Positions 40,963 to 51,411 of a DNA stretch of 64,000 bases are shown here, one piece after another. The position numbers and the translations under genes were made by a program. The notes beneath the pieces were generated by a model. It did not search any database and was not told where the DNA came from. It saw nothing but the letters and a program-made list of their open reading frames with translations. Every line of letters starts with the position of its first letter. Positions within the stretch are counted from its first letter, which is position 1. This DNA is from an uncultured delta proteobacterium. GTDB lineage: Bacteria > Myxococcota_A > UBA9160 > SMWR01. The DNA lies in the NCBI GenBank assembly GCA_963832165.1, contig CAWHTE010000001.1, positions 480,001 through 544,000 of the forward strand, read 5' to 3'.

Positions 40963-41622
40963 CTACTCCCGGAACACGAGAAAGTACTGCCGCGCGAGGA
41001 ATGTGTGTCGTTCCTCGAGCTCGAAGCCCGCGGCGGCCATCTCCGCGATCACGCGCTCTGGAGAGAGGCGGTCCGCCACGGGTGGGCCTGCGCCCTCCCA
41101 GTCGGGTCGATACTCGAGGATCGCGACGCGGCCGTGCGCTCGCAGCGCGCGGCGCACCTTCTCCATGTACGCGACGCGCTCGTCGATCTCCTTGTACACG
41201 CTCGAGAGGAAGACGAGATTGCAGCAGGCCTCGGGGAGGCTCGGATCGTCGAAGCGTGCGGCCACCACGACCACGTTCGCGAGCTCGCGCTCGGACACGC
41301 GCTCGCGCAGCCGATCGAGCATCTCGGGCTGGACGTCGGTGGCGTAGACACGGCCGCCCGGTCCGATCCGGCGCGCGAGGCGTTCGGTGAAGTAGCCGCT
41401 GCCCGCGCCGACGTCGGCCACGACGGCGTCGGGCGCGAGCGCGAGCGCGTCGAGCACACGCTCGGGCTCTTGCCACGCATCGCGCGAGTCGGCGTCGAGG
41501 TAGAACAGATAGAACGGATTGAACACGCGGTGGCCGTCTCGCTCGACAAGACTCGGCGGGCAACCGACGAGCAGCGGAATCAGCGCGAGCGCGGCCGCCC
41601 GGGAGGCGTGGATCCGCTCCAT
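40963..41622 (-). CDS. Class I SAM-dependent methyltransferase with lipoprotein-like signal
   Basis: RDAWQEPERVL, VADVGAGSGYFT, ATDVQPEML; LLVGC. Confidence 0.88.
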   Translation of the reverse strand: MERIHASRAAALALIPLLVGCPPSLVERDGHRVFNPFYLFYLDADSRDAWQEPERVLDALALAPDAVVADVGAGSGYFTERLARRIGPGGRVYATDVQPEMLDRLRERVSERELANVVVVAARFDDPSLPEACCNLVFLSSVYKEIDERVAYMEKVRRALRAHGRVAILEYRPDWEGAGPPVADRLSPERVIAEMAAAGFELEERHTFLARQYFLVFRE

Positions 41623-41706
41623 GCTCGTGAGCGTATCCGCGCGTCTAGCCTGCGCACGCAGGAGGGACGCCGCCGCCGCTCGCGCTAGCTCACAAGCCCT
41701 GACGGG

Positions 41707-42865
41707 CTACTGGCGGTCGATCCCGTAGATCCGCGCCGCGTTGCCGGCGCACATCGCGGCCGCCTCGTCCGCGGGAACCCCTGCCATGTGCTCCGCGATG
41801 ATGCGCTGCGATTCGAGCCAGTCGCAGCGGTGGTGCGGGTAGTCGGTCGACCACAGGATCGTCTCGGGCCCGATCAGGTCGCGATTGCGGATTCCGAACT
41901 TGTCGATGATGAAGGTCGCGGCGAAGTTCGTTCTCCAGTAGGTGCTCGGCATTCGCTCGAGCTCGGTCTTGGTCCAGATGCGATCGCGCAGGTAGTGATC
42001 GTCCATCGATTCGAGCACGAGCGGAACCCAGCCGATGTTCACTTCGCCGAATACCATCTGGAGCCTGGGGAAGCGGTCGAACATCCCGCTGTAGACCATC
42101 TCCGCGAGGAGCTTCGGCGCATCCGACACGGCTCCGGTCGACATCGTGATGAGCGGGTTGAGCGGCGCAGCGTCCTTGCTCGCGAGCGCGCCGACGGCCT
42201 GCGCGCTCTTCAGGCCTTCCTTGCCCGACAGGCGCACGTGGATCGAGATCGGCATGCCGAGCTTCTCGGCCTCCGCCCAGAACGGATCATCGGCGCGCGA
42301 GATGTTCATGCCGCCGGAGGGCCACGCCATGATCGTGGCAGCCCCGCATGCCCATCTCTCGGGTTCGCCGCAGCTCGGAGAGTGAGCCTTCGATGCCGAT
42401 GTTCGGAATCAGCGCGAGGCCGATCAGGCGCTTCGGGTCGACCGCGCAGAACTCCTGGTGCAGCCAGTTGTTGTAGGCCTGGACGCCGCCCATCGCGATC
42501 TCGTCGTTGCCGGGCGACATGAAGTGCATGGCCGCGCGGACGGGTGCGTAGAGCACCTCGGCACTGACGCCGTCCTCGTCCTGCTCCTTGAGCCGCGGCT
42601 CGCCGTAGAACGCGCCCTGGTTCACCTGGTCGATGCGCAGGCCCGTCCACTTGTAGTCGGGATCGGTGTACTTGCGTCCGCGCCGGACCGCGACGAGCCC
42701 GATCGGGGCAGGCGCCAGGTTCTCGCCGTACTGCCACGCGTCGCCTCCTTCGTGGTCCTTGACCATCTTCGGCGCGAATTTGCGGAGCTCGGGAGCGAGC
42801 CACTTCTCCCAGAGGTGGGGCGGCTCGACGATGTGCGAGTCGGCCGAGATCGCGCGGAATTTCAT
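41707..42865 (-). pseudogene. Amidohydrolase_2 family protein split by a single extra base near 42337 (or sequencing error)
   Basis: N-part ISADSHIVEPP...MRGC; C-part TIMAWP...IHV...WSTDYPH in the next frame; junction TGC-C-ACG. Confidence 0.85.
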
Positions 42866-42893
42866 CGGGGGATCCTTCTCTTGTGGCGAGCGT

Positions 42894-44108
42894 TCACTGT
42901 CCTGCCGGACGCTGGTCGCGCGGCAGGCCGAGCACGCGCTCGCCGATGATGTTGCGCTGGACGTTCGAGGTTCCGCCCGCGATTCCTCCCGCGAGCGAGA
43001 ACATGTAATGCGAGACCCAGCGCGCGCGCGTGAAGGGCCGGATGCCCATCACGACTTCTTCACCGGCGGGCTCGCGCAGGCCCTGCTCGGGGATCAGATC
43101 GAGCGCGAGCTTCGCCATCATCTGCTGCAGGTTCGTCCCGTAGAGCTTCGTCATCAGCATCTCGCTCATCGCATCCGCGTCGCGGTTCCGGTGGATCGCC
43201 GTGAGCATGCGGGCCACCGCCCACTCGTGCGTCGCCACATAGCCGGCCACCTCGGCGACCCGTTGGCGCACACTCGGATGCTCGAGCGCAGGCCGGCCGT
43301 CGCGCTGCACCTCGCGAGCGAGCGCGACGAGCGCGTCGAACGCCATGCGTGCGCCCGTGGAGTCTCCGATCAGCATGCGCTCGTGCTTGAGCGTCGAGCG
43401 CGTGACCTTCCAGCCCTCGCCGCGCCGGCCCACGATGTTCTGGGCCGGGATGCGCGCGCCGTCGAAGAACACTTCGCAGAAGTCGACACCGCCCTGCATC
43501 ATCACGAGCGGCCGTACGTCGATGCCGGGCGTCTTCATCGGGATGAGCAGATAGGAGATGCCCGCGTGCTTCGTCGCGTCGGGCTCGGTGCGGAACAGGC
43601 CGAACATCATCTCGGCGTCGGTGGCGTTGCTGGTCCAGATCTTCTGACCCGAGAGCACCCACTCGTCGCCCACGAGCTCGGCGCGCGACTGGAGCGAGGC
43701 GAGGTCGCTACCCGCGCCCGGCTCGCTGTAGCCCTGGCACCACGTGAGCTCCCCGGTGAGCGTGGGCCCGATGTACTCGCGGCGCTGCTCCTCGGTTCCA
43801 CACTCGAGCAGCGTCGGGACCAGCATGTGCGTGCCCTGCACGTTGCCCCGGTGCGGCACACCCGCGCGGTCGAACTCCTGGCGGATCATGGTCGCGGCCA
43901 TCACGTCGGGGTCCGCACCCGCACCCCCGTAGGCGCGCGGCACCGTGCGGTGGAGGAAGCCCGCAGCAATCGCGCGCTTCCGCCATGCGATCGCCTGCTC
44001 GCGCTCTGCGAGCCCGGACTCGGCGCCGCGCGGAGGCCAGCTCTCGGCGCAGAACGACCGAACCTCGGCGCGCAGCTTCTCGTACTTCTCTCCGAACTGG
44101 AGATTCAT
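42894..44108 (-). CDS. Acyl-CoA dehydrogenase (FadE/ChsE-like, catalytic-type subunit)
   Basis: WCQGYSEPGAGSDLASL, GQKIWTS, TLKHER, GGTSNVQRNIIGERVLGLP. Confidence 0.93.
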   Translation of the reverse strand: MNLQFGEKYEKLRAEVRSFCAESWPPRGAESGLAEREQAIAWRKRAIAAGFLHRTVPRAYGGAGADPDVMAATMIRQEFDRAGVPHRGNVQGTHMLVPTLLECGTEEQRREYIGPTLTGELTWCQGYSEPGAGSDLASLQSRAELVGDEWVLSGQKIWTSNATDAEMMFGLFRTEPDATKHAGISYLLIPMKTPGIDVRPLVMMQGGVDFCEVFFDGARIPAQNIVGRRGEGWKVTRSTLKHERMLIGDSTGARMAFDALVALAREVQRDGRPALEHPSVRQRVAEVAGYVATHEWAVARMLTAIHRNRDADAMSEMLMTKLYGTNLQQMMAKLALDLIPEQGLREPAGEEVVMGIRPFTRARWVSHYMFSLAGGIAGGTSNVQRNIIGERVLGLPRDQRPAGQ

Positions 44109-44112
44109 CCAC

Positions 44113-45183
44113 TCACCATCCCTCGAGCGCGGCGAAGCGCTCGCGGTGGAGCTCGGGCGCGCCGAGCCAGAGCCGATCGAACATCACGCGCTTGAACCAG
44201 ATGTGGACATCGCTCTCCCAGGTGAAGCCGATCCCGCCGTGGCACTCGACCGCGTCGCGCGCCACCTGCTGCGCGCGCTCCGTGATGTGCGCCTTGGCGA
44301 GCGCCGCCGTGCGCGATCCCTCGGCGGATACGTGGTCGAAGGCGTGCGCGGCGTACCACCAGAGCCCACGCGTCGGATCGACGTCGAGCGCCATGTTTGC
44401 GAGCTGGTGCTTCACGGCCTGGAACTGCGCGACCGGCTGGCCGAACTGCCGGCGCGTCTGCACGTAGGCGGCCGTGGCGCGCACGATCTGATGCGCGGCT
44501 CCGAACGCGTCGGCCGCGAGCAGCACGCACCCCGCGTCGACGAGGCGCGCGGCGCCGTCGACGTCGAGGGGCTCGGCCGGTGCGTCATCGAAATCGAGCG
44601 TGGCGAGCGGGCGTCCGCGGTCGAGCGTGGGCTCGGGGGTGATGCGGACGGCGGACCCGGCCTCGACGAGCGCCAGCGCGCCGCCCCGGCAGCCGACCAC
44701 GAAGAGATCCGCGCCCTCCGCTTCGGGAACGAGCTGCTTGCGTCCGCGCACGCGGCCGTTCGCGATCTCGACGCGCCACTCCGAGGGGAGCCAGCGCGTC
44801 TCGTCCTCCGCGAGCGCCACCGTGCCGCGCGCGGCGCCTTCCGCGAGCCGCGGGAGCCATTCCGCCTGCTGCGCCGCGCTCGCACCTCGCGCGAGTGCCA
44901 GCGTCGCGAGCGAGTGGCCGAGAAAGGGTACGGGGGTCGCGCCGCGACCGAGCTCCTCGGCCACGAGCGCGAGCTCGAGCAGCTCGAGGCCCGCGCCGCC
45001 GTACGACTCCGGCACGACGAGCCCGGCGACGCCGAGCTCCGCGAGTCCCTTCCAGAGTCCGGGCGCGAGCTGGCGCTCACCGTCGAAGATCGCGCGCACC
45101 GTCTGCGGTGGGCACTCCTTCGCGACGAAGCCGCGCACCGTCTCCTGCAGCAGCTCCTGTTCTTCCGTGAGGGAGAAGTTCAT
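44113..45183 (-). CDS. Acyl-CoA dehydrogenase, partner subunit of heteromeric ACAD
   Basis: MNFSLTEEQ, RRQFGQPVAQFQAVKH, HGGIGFTWE. Confidence 0.9.
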   Translation of the reverse strand: MNFSLTEEQELLQETVRGFVAKECPPQTVRAIFDGERQLAPGLWKGLAELGVAGLVVPESYGGAGLELLELALVAEELGRGATPVPFLGHSLATLALARGASAAQQAEWLPRLAEGAARGTVALAEDETRWLPSEWRVEIANGRVRGRKQLVPEAEGADLFVVGCRGGALALVEAGSAVRITPEPTLDRGRPLATLDFDDAPAEPLDVDGAARLVDAGCVLLAADAFGAAHQIVRATAAYVQTRRQFGQPVAQFQAVKHQLANMALDVDPTRGLWWYAAHAFDHVSAEGSRTAALAKAHITERAQQVARDAVECHGGIGFTWESDVHIWFKRVMFDRLWLGAPELHRERFAALEGW

Positions 45184-46364
45184 TCGAGCGATCGTCCGAG
45201 CAGCTCGACCACGTTCTCGCGCAGGATCCGGCGCTGCTCGTCCTCGTTGAAGGGCGAGAGCTCCTTGGCGAAGTCGAGCGGTTGCGCGACGCCTTCGCCG
45301 TGCGGCCAATCGGAGCCGAACAGGATCCGCTCCACGCCGATCAGGTCGGCCAGCGCGCGAAGATCCTCCTCGAGATAGGGGGTGGTCCACACGTGGCGCC
45401 GGATCGTCTCGAGCGGGTTCTCCGCGAACACCCAGGGCGTCTGGTTGGCCTGCTTGCGCAGGTGCTTCACCAGTACGTGAAGCCAATCCGAGCCGTTCTC
45501 GATGCTGGCGACCTTCAGATTCGGATGGCGCTTGAACACGCCGTGGACGACGAGCGACGCCACGGTGTCGTGGATTGCCCGTCCGTCGCTCAGCACGCGG
45601 CCGAGCGGATCGTTGGCGCCGAACCCGAACGACGAGCGCCCGCCCCACGCGGATCCGAACCGCGCTTCGTACCCGCTGTCGCCGAGATGGAACGCGACCG
45701 GGATCCCGGCCTCTGCCAGGCGGGCCCACACGGGATCGTGCAGCTTGTCGCCCAGCGATCGGCTCCCGCCGTTGGGAGCCGGCACGGGCGCGGGACGGAC
45801 GTGCACCATCCGAGCGCCGCGCTTCATCAGCGAGTCGACTTCGGCGGCAGCGGCCTCGGGATCAGCCAGCGAGATCATCGGGACGCCGACGAGACGGCCT
45901 CGATAGTCGAAACCCCAGTCGTCCTCCAGCCACCGGTTGAACGCCGACAGGCTCGCCATCGTCGCCGGGATGTCGTCCTTCAGTGCCTCCTCGACGCCAC
46001 AGCCGAAGGTGGGGAACAGCAGTGCCGCACCGAGGCCCTGCTCATCCATCACCTTGACCCGCTCGTCACGACCGCGGTACTCCGGATGCCCCGACAGCGG
46101 CTCGACCTTGAACAGCGAGCGGGGGTCGACGCCTTCGGGAATCTGACCGCGGAACAACGGATCGAGGGTTCCCGCGACGATGATCGGGTCGAACGTGGGA
46201 TTCGGAATGAAGGTGTTGAGCTTGCCGCCCATCAACACGTGCACCCGCTTGCCCTCCTGCACCGGGCGGACGCCGCGATCCTTGAACTTCGGGTCTAGGT
46301 GTCGCGTGAACGCGTCGAGCGGCTCGTAGTAGTGATTGTCGGCGTCGATGGGTCGGGGGTTCAT
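45180..46364 (-). CDS. Amidohydrolase_2 family protein
   Basis: IDADNHYYE, AFHLGDSG, FGSDWPHGEG. Confidence 0.9.
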   Translation of the reverse strand: MNPRPIDADNHYYEPLDAFTRHLDPKFKDRGVRPVQEGKRVHVLMGGKLNTFIPNPTFDPIIVAGTLDPLFRGQIPEGVDPRSLFKVEPLSGHPEYRGRDERVKVMDEQGLGAALLFPTFGCGVEEALKDDIPATMASLSAFNRWLEDDWGFDYRGRLVGVPMISLADPEAAAAEVDSLMKRGARMVHVRPAPVPAPNGGSRSLGDKLHDPVWARLAEAGIPVAFHLGDSGYEARFGSAWGGRSSFGFGANDPLGRVLSDGRAIHDTVASLVVHGVFKRHPNLKVASIENGSDWLHVLVKHLRKQANQTPWVFAENPLETIRRHVWTTPYLEEDLRALADLIGVERILFGSDWPHGEGVAQPLDFAKELSPFNEDEQRRILRENVVELLGRSLE

Positions 46365-47191
46365 GCCGGTTTCTCCGCTGAAAAGAAGAACGCCTCGGCG
46401 TTGCCGTGGAGCCAGGCGTCGCGGACCTCGGGCGCGAGGTCGAGCTTCGCAGCCTCGTCGAGGCAGCGCTGCATCGACAAGACAGGATAGTCCGAGGCGA
46501 ACAGGATGCGGTCCTTGCCGCGCGTCGACATGTAGTGCAGCAGCGACTGCGGCAGGCGCTTGGGCGACCAAGCCGACGTCATGAGTCGCAGGTTCTTGTA
46601 TTTGAGCATGAGCCGGATCGCGACGTCCCACCACGGATCGGCGCCGTGGATCATGCACAAGCGCAGCTCGGGGAAGCGCACGCAGACGCGGTCGAGGTGC
46701 ATCGGGTTCTGCGCGTCGCCGGGAATCGGGGGCCCCGGGATGCCGGTGTTCAGGCACAGCGGTAGATCGAGCTCGCAGCACTTGGTGTAGAGCGGGTAGT
46801 AGACGGCGTCGCTCGGCGGGTACATTCCGTCGCCCCAGAAGCTCGGCCCGACCACCGCGAACGAGACCGGGTGATCGCGCACGAACGACTCGAGGCTGCG
46901 CAGCGTTCGCATCGGGCGCAGCAGATCGAGGCCGCCCACGCCGAGAGAGAATCGATCGGGGCGCTCGCTCGCATAGCGCCGCGCGCGATCGTCGCTCTTG
47001 CCGAGCCCCGTGAGCAGGATCGCGCGCGCGACGCCGTTCTTGTCCATGTCGTCGAGGAGCTCGGCGAGCTCTGGACTGCGGAAGAAGGAGTCACCCCCCT
47101 TGAAGTAGTCCTCCTTGACCCGGACCATCCACTCGGGCTGCTTCACGTCGCCCATGTCGACGTTCACGAGGCAATCGATCGCTCGCGTCAC
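46361..47191 (-). CDS. Amidohydrolase_2 family protein (short type)
   Basis: YYPLYTKCCELDLP, MIHGADPW, ILFASDYP; GTG start. Confidence 0.88.
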   Translation of the reverse strand: MTRAIDCLVNVDMGDVKQPEWMVRVKEDYFKGGDSFFRSPELAELLDDMDKNGVARAILLTGLGKSDDRARRYASERPDRFSLGVGGLDLLRPMRTLRSLESFVRDHPVSFAVVGPSFWGDGMYPPSDAVYYPLYTKCCELDLPLCLNTGIPGPPIPGDAQNPMHLDRVCVRFPELRLCMIHGADPWWDVAIRLMLKYKNLRLMTSAWSPKRLPQSLLHYMSTRGKDRILFASDYPVLSMQRCLDEAAKLDLAPEVRDAWLHGNAEAFFFSAEKPA

Positions 47192-48243
47192 GAGCTCGCC
47201 TCCCTCACCCACCCCCGCGGAAGCGGTAAGGGGATGTCGGTGTAGGTGACGATTCCCGGCGGCGCCGCCACCACGTAGGGGATCGCGTTCACGGCTGGCA
47301 TCGCGGTCATGATCATCCCGAGGACCATGAACTCGGCGAAGGTCGTGGCCTTGAAGTCGGGCGGGGGAAGGTACTGGAGCGTCGCCGTGACCGTGGGTCG
47401 GCCGTCGACCCGGATGACGTGGCCCTCCCGGATCGGCCAGTCGGGTTCGAGAGTCCTGCCTTTGCGCCAACGCACGTTCAGCTCGACGACGGTGCGATCC
47501 CCAACCCGACCCTGCCAGCTGGCGTACACGCCGGCGACGTGGCCGGCGGGGATGGTCCAGGACTCCATGACGACGTCCTCGGTTGCCACCGCGTACTCGG
47601 CTTTGCAGACGATGTCGTCGAGCTCGACGCCAAGCGCGTCGGCGACCATCGCCACGGCTTCGCCAAACACCGCGGTTCCCTTCGCTGCCATGCCCGCGAG
47701 CTCCGGGTCGTCGATCGGACGGCCGAAGCCGCAGGGCAGCTCGGTGGCGGGAGAGTCGTAGAGGGTGGTGTCGGAAGCCTCGTCGATGGTGAACTTGTCG
47801 ATCCGATCACACAGTCCGGCGACGCTGATCCCGACGAGCTCGACGAGGCCCGGGCTGATGCCGGTTCCGAACATCGACACTCCGCCCCGCTTGCAAGCGG
47901 CAACGATGCGATCGCGATCGGCCGGGTTGCACTTGCCGTTGATGAACGCGGCGGTGCTGACGACGTTGACGCCGCTCTCGAGGATGCGGACGACCTCGTC
48001 GGTGTTCGGCCACATCGGGTTGTAGACGATGCAATCGGGCTTCAGTGACAGCAGCGCTCCGACGTCGTCCGTCGCTGCGACGCCGATCGGTGCGGTGCCA
48101 CACAGCTCGCCGACGTCGCGCCCGACCTTGTCGGGCGACCACGCGTAGCAGCCGACCAGCTCGAGGGTGGGATTGCTCGCGATCGCGCGCACAGAGCGCT
48201 GGCCGACGTTGCCGGTGGTCCACTGTACGACTCGGATCGCCAC
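47188..48243 (-). CDS. DapB-like NAD(P)-dependent oxidoreductase / amine dehydrogenase family
   Basis: RVVQWTTGNVG, KVGRDVGEL, GTGISPG, AVNAIPYVVAAPPGI. Confidence 0.85.
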   Translation of the reverse strand: MAIRVVQWTTGNVGQRSVRAIASNPTLELVGCYAWSPDKVGRDVGELCGTAPIGVAATDDVGALLSLKPDCIVYNPMWPNTDEVVRILESGVNVVSTAAFINGKCNPADRDRIVAACKRGGVSMFGTGISPGLVELVGISVAGLCDRIDKFTIDEASDTTLYDSPATELPCGFGRPIDDPELAGMAAKGTAVFGEAVAMVADALGVELDDIVCKAEYAVATEDVVMESWTIPAGHVAGVYASWQGRVGDRTVVELNVRWRKGRTLEPDWPIREGHVIRVDGRPTVTATLQYLPPPDFKATTFAEFMVLGMIMTAMPAVNAIPYVVAAPPGIVTYTDIPLPLPRGWVREASS

Positions 48244-48269
48244 GGAAGGCTCCAGCGCGACTGGACAAA

Positions 48270-48283
48270 AACATCTAGATGAA
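48270..48283. promoter_or_regulatory. Palindromic operator AACATCTAGATGAA in divergent intergenic region
   Basis: Perfect core CATCTAGATG; near copy at 63924. Confidence 0.6.
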
Positions 48284-48336
48284 TACAGTATCGGGCGCCG
48301 CCTCACAAGCGCGCCTCTCGACGGACGGCGACCGCG

Positions 48337-49050
48337 ATGAACACCCGCGTCTACATCCACGAGTTCATCGACATCATCGGGCATCACCGCGCGAGCTACA
48401 TGCAACACATGACCGCGAACTGGAGCCCGATCGGTCAGGAGCAGCGCAATCAGCTCTGCTACGGCGTATGGGCGTTGCTCGGCTCGACGGGTGCGTGGCC
48501 CAAGACCGTGAACATGTGGGAGCACGAGAGCTGGTCGGGGCTCGCGGCGTCGTTCGCGACCGAGTCCGTCGGACGCGGCGCGCAGGATCCGGCGCTCGAG
48601 CGCTGGTGGGCCAAGGCGGCCGAGTTCCGGAGCGGTGGCTTCGATCGGATCATGGTGCCGGCGCCCTGGGCGCGTGGCATCGAAGAGCTGTGCGCGGCCG
48701 GTGTGCGGGGCGAGGTGTACGCGCACGAGCTCGTGACTGTCGCGCCCAGTGCTGCTCGTGACGTGCTCGAGCGCGCGCGCGACGCGTCGCAGCTGCACGC
48801 GCGGCACGGGTGGGAGCTGGCCGGCGCGTTCACGACCGCGATGGGCAACGACGACGAGGCGCTCCTGCTCTGGGCGATCCCATCGTGGCAGCGATGGGCC
48901 GACGGCGAGGGCGACCGCGATCTCACGCGGTGGCGACGGGGCATCGGGGCGGCCACGTGGCGCCGCGTCCTGCTCGTCGATGCACCGCTATGTCCGTTCC
49001 GGATCGGCCGTCAACCGCAGCGATCCGACCGCGTCGACTGGCAGGACTGA
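48337..49050 (+). CDS. NIPSNAP-domain protein (two-domain)
   Basis: VYIHEFIDI..., LCYGVW...GSTGAWPKTVNMWE, YAHELV, WELAGAF. Confidence 0.75.
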   Translation: MNTRVYIHEFIDIIGHHRASYMQHMTANWSPIGQEQRNQLCYGVWALLGSTGAWPKTVNMWEHESWSGLAASFATESVGRGAQDPALERWWAKAAEFRSGGFDRIMVPAPWARGIEELCAAGVRGEVYAHELVTVAPSAARDVLERARDASQLHARHGWELAGAFTTAMGNDDEALLLWAIPSWQRWADGEGDRDLTRWRRGIGAATWRRVLLVDAPLCPFRIGRQPQRSDRVDWQD

Positions 49051-49068
49051 GCGCGAAGGAGAACCGAG

Positions 49069-49860
49069 ATGGAAGCAATTCGTATCGAGCGGAACGAGGG
49101 ACTCGTCACGATCACGATCGACCGTCCCGCGAAGAAGAACGCACTCGACGCGGCTGCCTGGAACGAGCTCGACCGCGCGTTCGCGGAGCTCGCGATCGAT
49201 CCCGAGGTTCGCGCGGTGATCGTCACGGGCGCGGGCGGAAACTTCTCGGCCGGAGCCGATCTCTCCGGGAACAAATCGGGGATGGGCCTCACGGGACGCC
49301 CGGTGCAGCCGATCGTGCAGGAGATGCGTGTCGTGGGCGAGATCATCCTGCGCCTCGCGCGCATGCCCAAGCCGACGCTCGCCAAGGTGGACGGCGTGTG
49401 CGTCGGAGTCGCCATGGGGCTCGCGCTCGCGTGCGACCTTCTTCTCGCGAGTGATCGCGCGCGTTTCTCGGAGATCTTCGCGAAGCGCGGACTCGCGCTC
49501 GACGGAGGCACCTCGTGGCTGCTGCCGCGCCGGGTCGGACTACAGAAGGCGAAGGAGCTCGCGTTCTTCGCGGACATGATCGACGCGAAGGAGGCCGAAT
49601 CGATCGGCCTCGTCAACAAGGTCGTCTCCGCTTCGGAGCTGGATGCCGTGGCGGACGAATGGGGTCGCCGCCTGGCCGCGGGTCCCACGCTCGCGCTCGG
49701 GCTCTCGAAGCGGCTCCTCGACGCCAGCTCGTCCGTCACGCTCGAGCAGGCGCTCGAGGACGAGGCTCGTTGTCAGCACATCACGCACACGAGCAAGGAC
49801 ATGCGCGAGGGAATCACCGCGTTCCTGGAGCGCCGCGAGCCCCGATTCAGCGGCCGCTGA
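49069..49860 (+). CDS. Enoyl-CoA hydratase/isomerase
   Basis: DRPAKKNAL, FSAGADL, DGGTSWLLPR. Confidence 0.92.
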   Translation: MEAIRIERNEGLVTITIDRPAKKNALDAAAWNELDRAFAELAIDPEVRAVIVTGAGGNFSAGADLSGNKSGMGLTGRPVQPIVQEMRVVGEIILRLARMPKPTLAKVDGVCVGVAMGLALACDLLLASDRARFSEIFAKRGLALDGGTSWLLPRRVGLQKAKELAFFADMIDAKEAESIGLVNKVVSASELDAVADEWGRRLAAGPTLALGLSKRLLDASSSVTLEQALEDEARCQHITHTSKDMREGITAFLERREPRFSGR

Positions 49861-49869
49861 GCGGCGCGT

Positions 49870-50952
49870 TCACGCGAGAAACTCGGAGCTTCCGAGATCG
49901 AGTGCGTGGCGCGCGTGACGGCGCGCCATCGCGGTGAACATCTCGTTGCCTCGCTCGGTCTCCTGGACGATCACCGAGGCGACGACCGTCACCGCGAAGC
50001 CCGCGAACGCTCCGCGCCGGTAGTCGCTCCAGCAGTCTTCCCAATCGTAGCCGCGCACTTCTTGCGCGAGCAGCGCGTCGTAGTAGGCGCGCACGAGATC
50101 GCGCTCGGCCACGCGGCGCTGCTCCGGCAGCACCGAGGCGCCGAGGAAATAGGCGAGGTCGGAGAGCGGCGATCCGACCAGGACGCTTTGCCAGTCGACG
50201 ACCGACACGCGCGGCGGGGACGTGCGATCGTCGATCAGCAGATTGTCGAGCCGATAATCGATGTGCACCAGCGCGAACGGACGCTCCGGATAGGAGAAGG
50301 GCGGCCCTTGCGACTTCGCGACCGCCGCGATGATCTCGCGTTCATCGGGCTCGAGGCGCGCGCCGAAGCGCGCGAGGAACGCGGGCAGCATCTGTGCGTA
50401 CACCTCCCGCACCAGCGCCGCGCGCGCCGCATCCGTCCGCGCGATCAAGTCGCGTCCGCACAGGGAGTCGTCGCACCAGGTGGGACCGTGCAGCTTCGCG
50501 AGCTCGAGCACCGCCGCACGCGCGACCTCGAGCGAGCAGCCTGCGAGCTGATCCCCCTGTCGCGCCGGCGAGAGATCTTCGAGGATCAGCGCGAACTCCG
50601 GCCCCTCGCCCTCGATCGCGCTGTAATAGCAGCGCGGCTTCGCGATCGGGACACGCGCGGCGAGCTCGCGATAGAAGTAGATCTCGCGCGCGTAATTGCG
50701 GAGCGAGACGCCGGTCTGGCGCGAGAGCGGATCGAGCGACGGAAACTTGCCCACGAGCGAGCGAGGCGCGCCCGCCGCGTCACCCGCCAGCTCGAGCTGG
50801 AAGCGCACGCAGTGCCCCATCTGTCCCGTGCCCACGGGCTCCGCAGTGAAACGCACCACGCGCGCCGCGGGGTATCCGTTCGCGCGCAGCAGCTCGGTGA
50901 GGAACTCGGACGTGATCGACTCGGGCGTGGGGAGCCGGGCGGCGTGCGTCAC
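49870..50952 (-). CDS. Aminoglycoside-phosphotransferase/EcKinase-like protein
   Basis: VGTGQMG, LVHIDYRLDNLL, VVDWQ. Confidence 0.85.
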   Translation of the reverse strand: MTHAARLPTPESITSEFLTELLRANGYPAARVVRFTAEPVGTGQMGHCVRFQLELAGDAAGAPRSLVGKFPSLDPLSRQTGVSLRNYAREIYFYRELAARVPIAKPRCYYSAIEGEGPEFALILEDLSPARQGDQLAGCSLEVARAAVLELAKLHGPTWCDDSLCGRDLIARTDAARAALVREVYAQMLPAFLARFGARLEPDEREIIAAVAKSQGPPFSYPERPFALVHIDYRLDNLLIDDRTSPPRVSVVDWQSVLVGSPLSDLAYFLGASVLPEQRRVAERDLVRAYYDALLAQEVRGYDWEDCWSDYRRGAFAGFAVTVVASVIVQETERGNEMFTAMARRHARHALDLGSSEFLA

Positions 50953-50955
50953 GAT

Positions 50956-51411
50956 TCAGGCCTGCGCCTTCGGGAGGTCCGCGCCGAGCGGGTCGATGCG
51001 CAGGCGCTCGAGGCGCAAGCGATGGATGCGCCACTGTCCGTCCTCGCGAACGTACTCCTCGCGGTAGTGCCCGAAGCCCTGGAGTCCGACGCGAGCCCCC
51101 GTCTTCGACGCCGGCCATTCCACGTAGTCGAACATCGCCCAGATTCCGCGCGCGGTGTCGGGCCCGGTGAGCTCGATCTCGGGCATGTGGCCGTGATGCA
51201 CGGTCCGGACCCCCGCGAGAACACCGCTCACCGACTTCACGATCGCGTCGCGGCCGCGCTGGATCATGTTCGCTTCGGGCACCTCCATCACCGCGTCGCG
51301 CGCGAAGACCTGCGCAAACTCGTCCCACTGCTTCTGATCCATCGCACGGAAGTAGCGCGCCTTGAGGCGCTTGATCTCCTCGAGGTCGAGCAGCTGCTGC
51401 AATTCGTTCAC
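50956..51411 (-). CDS. SnoaL-like/NTF2 (BaiE/LinA-like) protein
   Basis: EEIKRLKARYFRAMD, TVHHGHMPEIE, GFGHYREEY. Confidence 0.88.
   Translation of the reverse strand: MNELQQLLDLEEIKRLKARYFRAMDQKQWDEFAQVFARDAVMEVPEANMIQRGRDAIVKSVSGVLAGVRTVHHGHMPEIELTGPDTARGIWAMFDYVEWPASKTGARVGLQGFGHYREEYVREDGQWRIHRLRLERLRIDPLGADLPKAQA

Noticed and set aside
42330..42345. Programmed frameshift in the amidohydrolase
   Set aside because: No slippery sequence or obvious stimulator; a single extra C is better explained by a sequencing indel or recent mutation.
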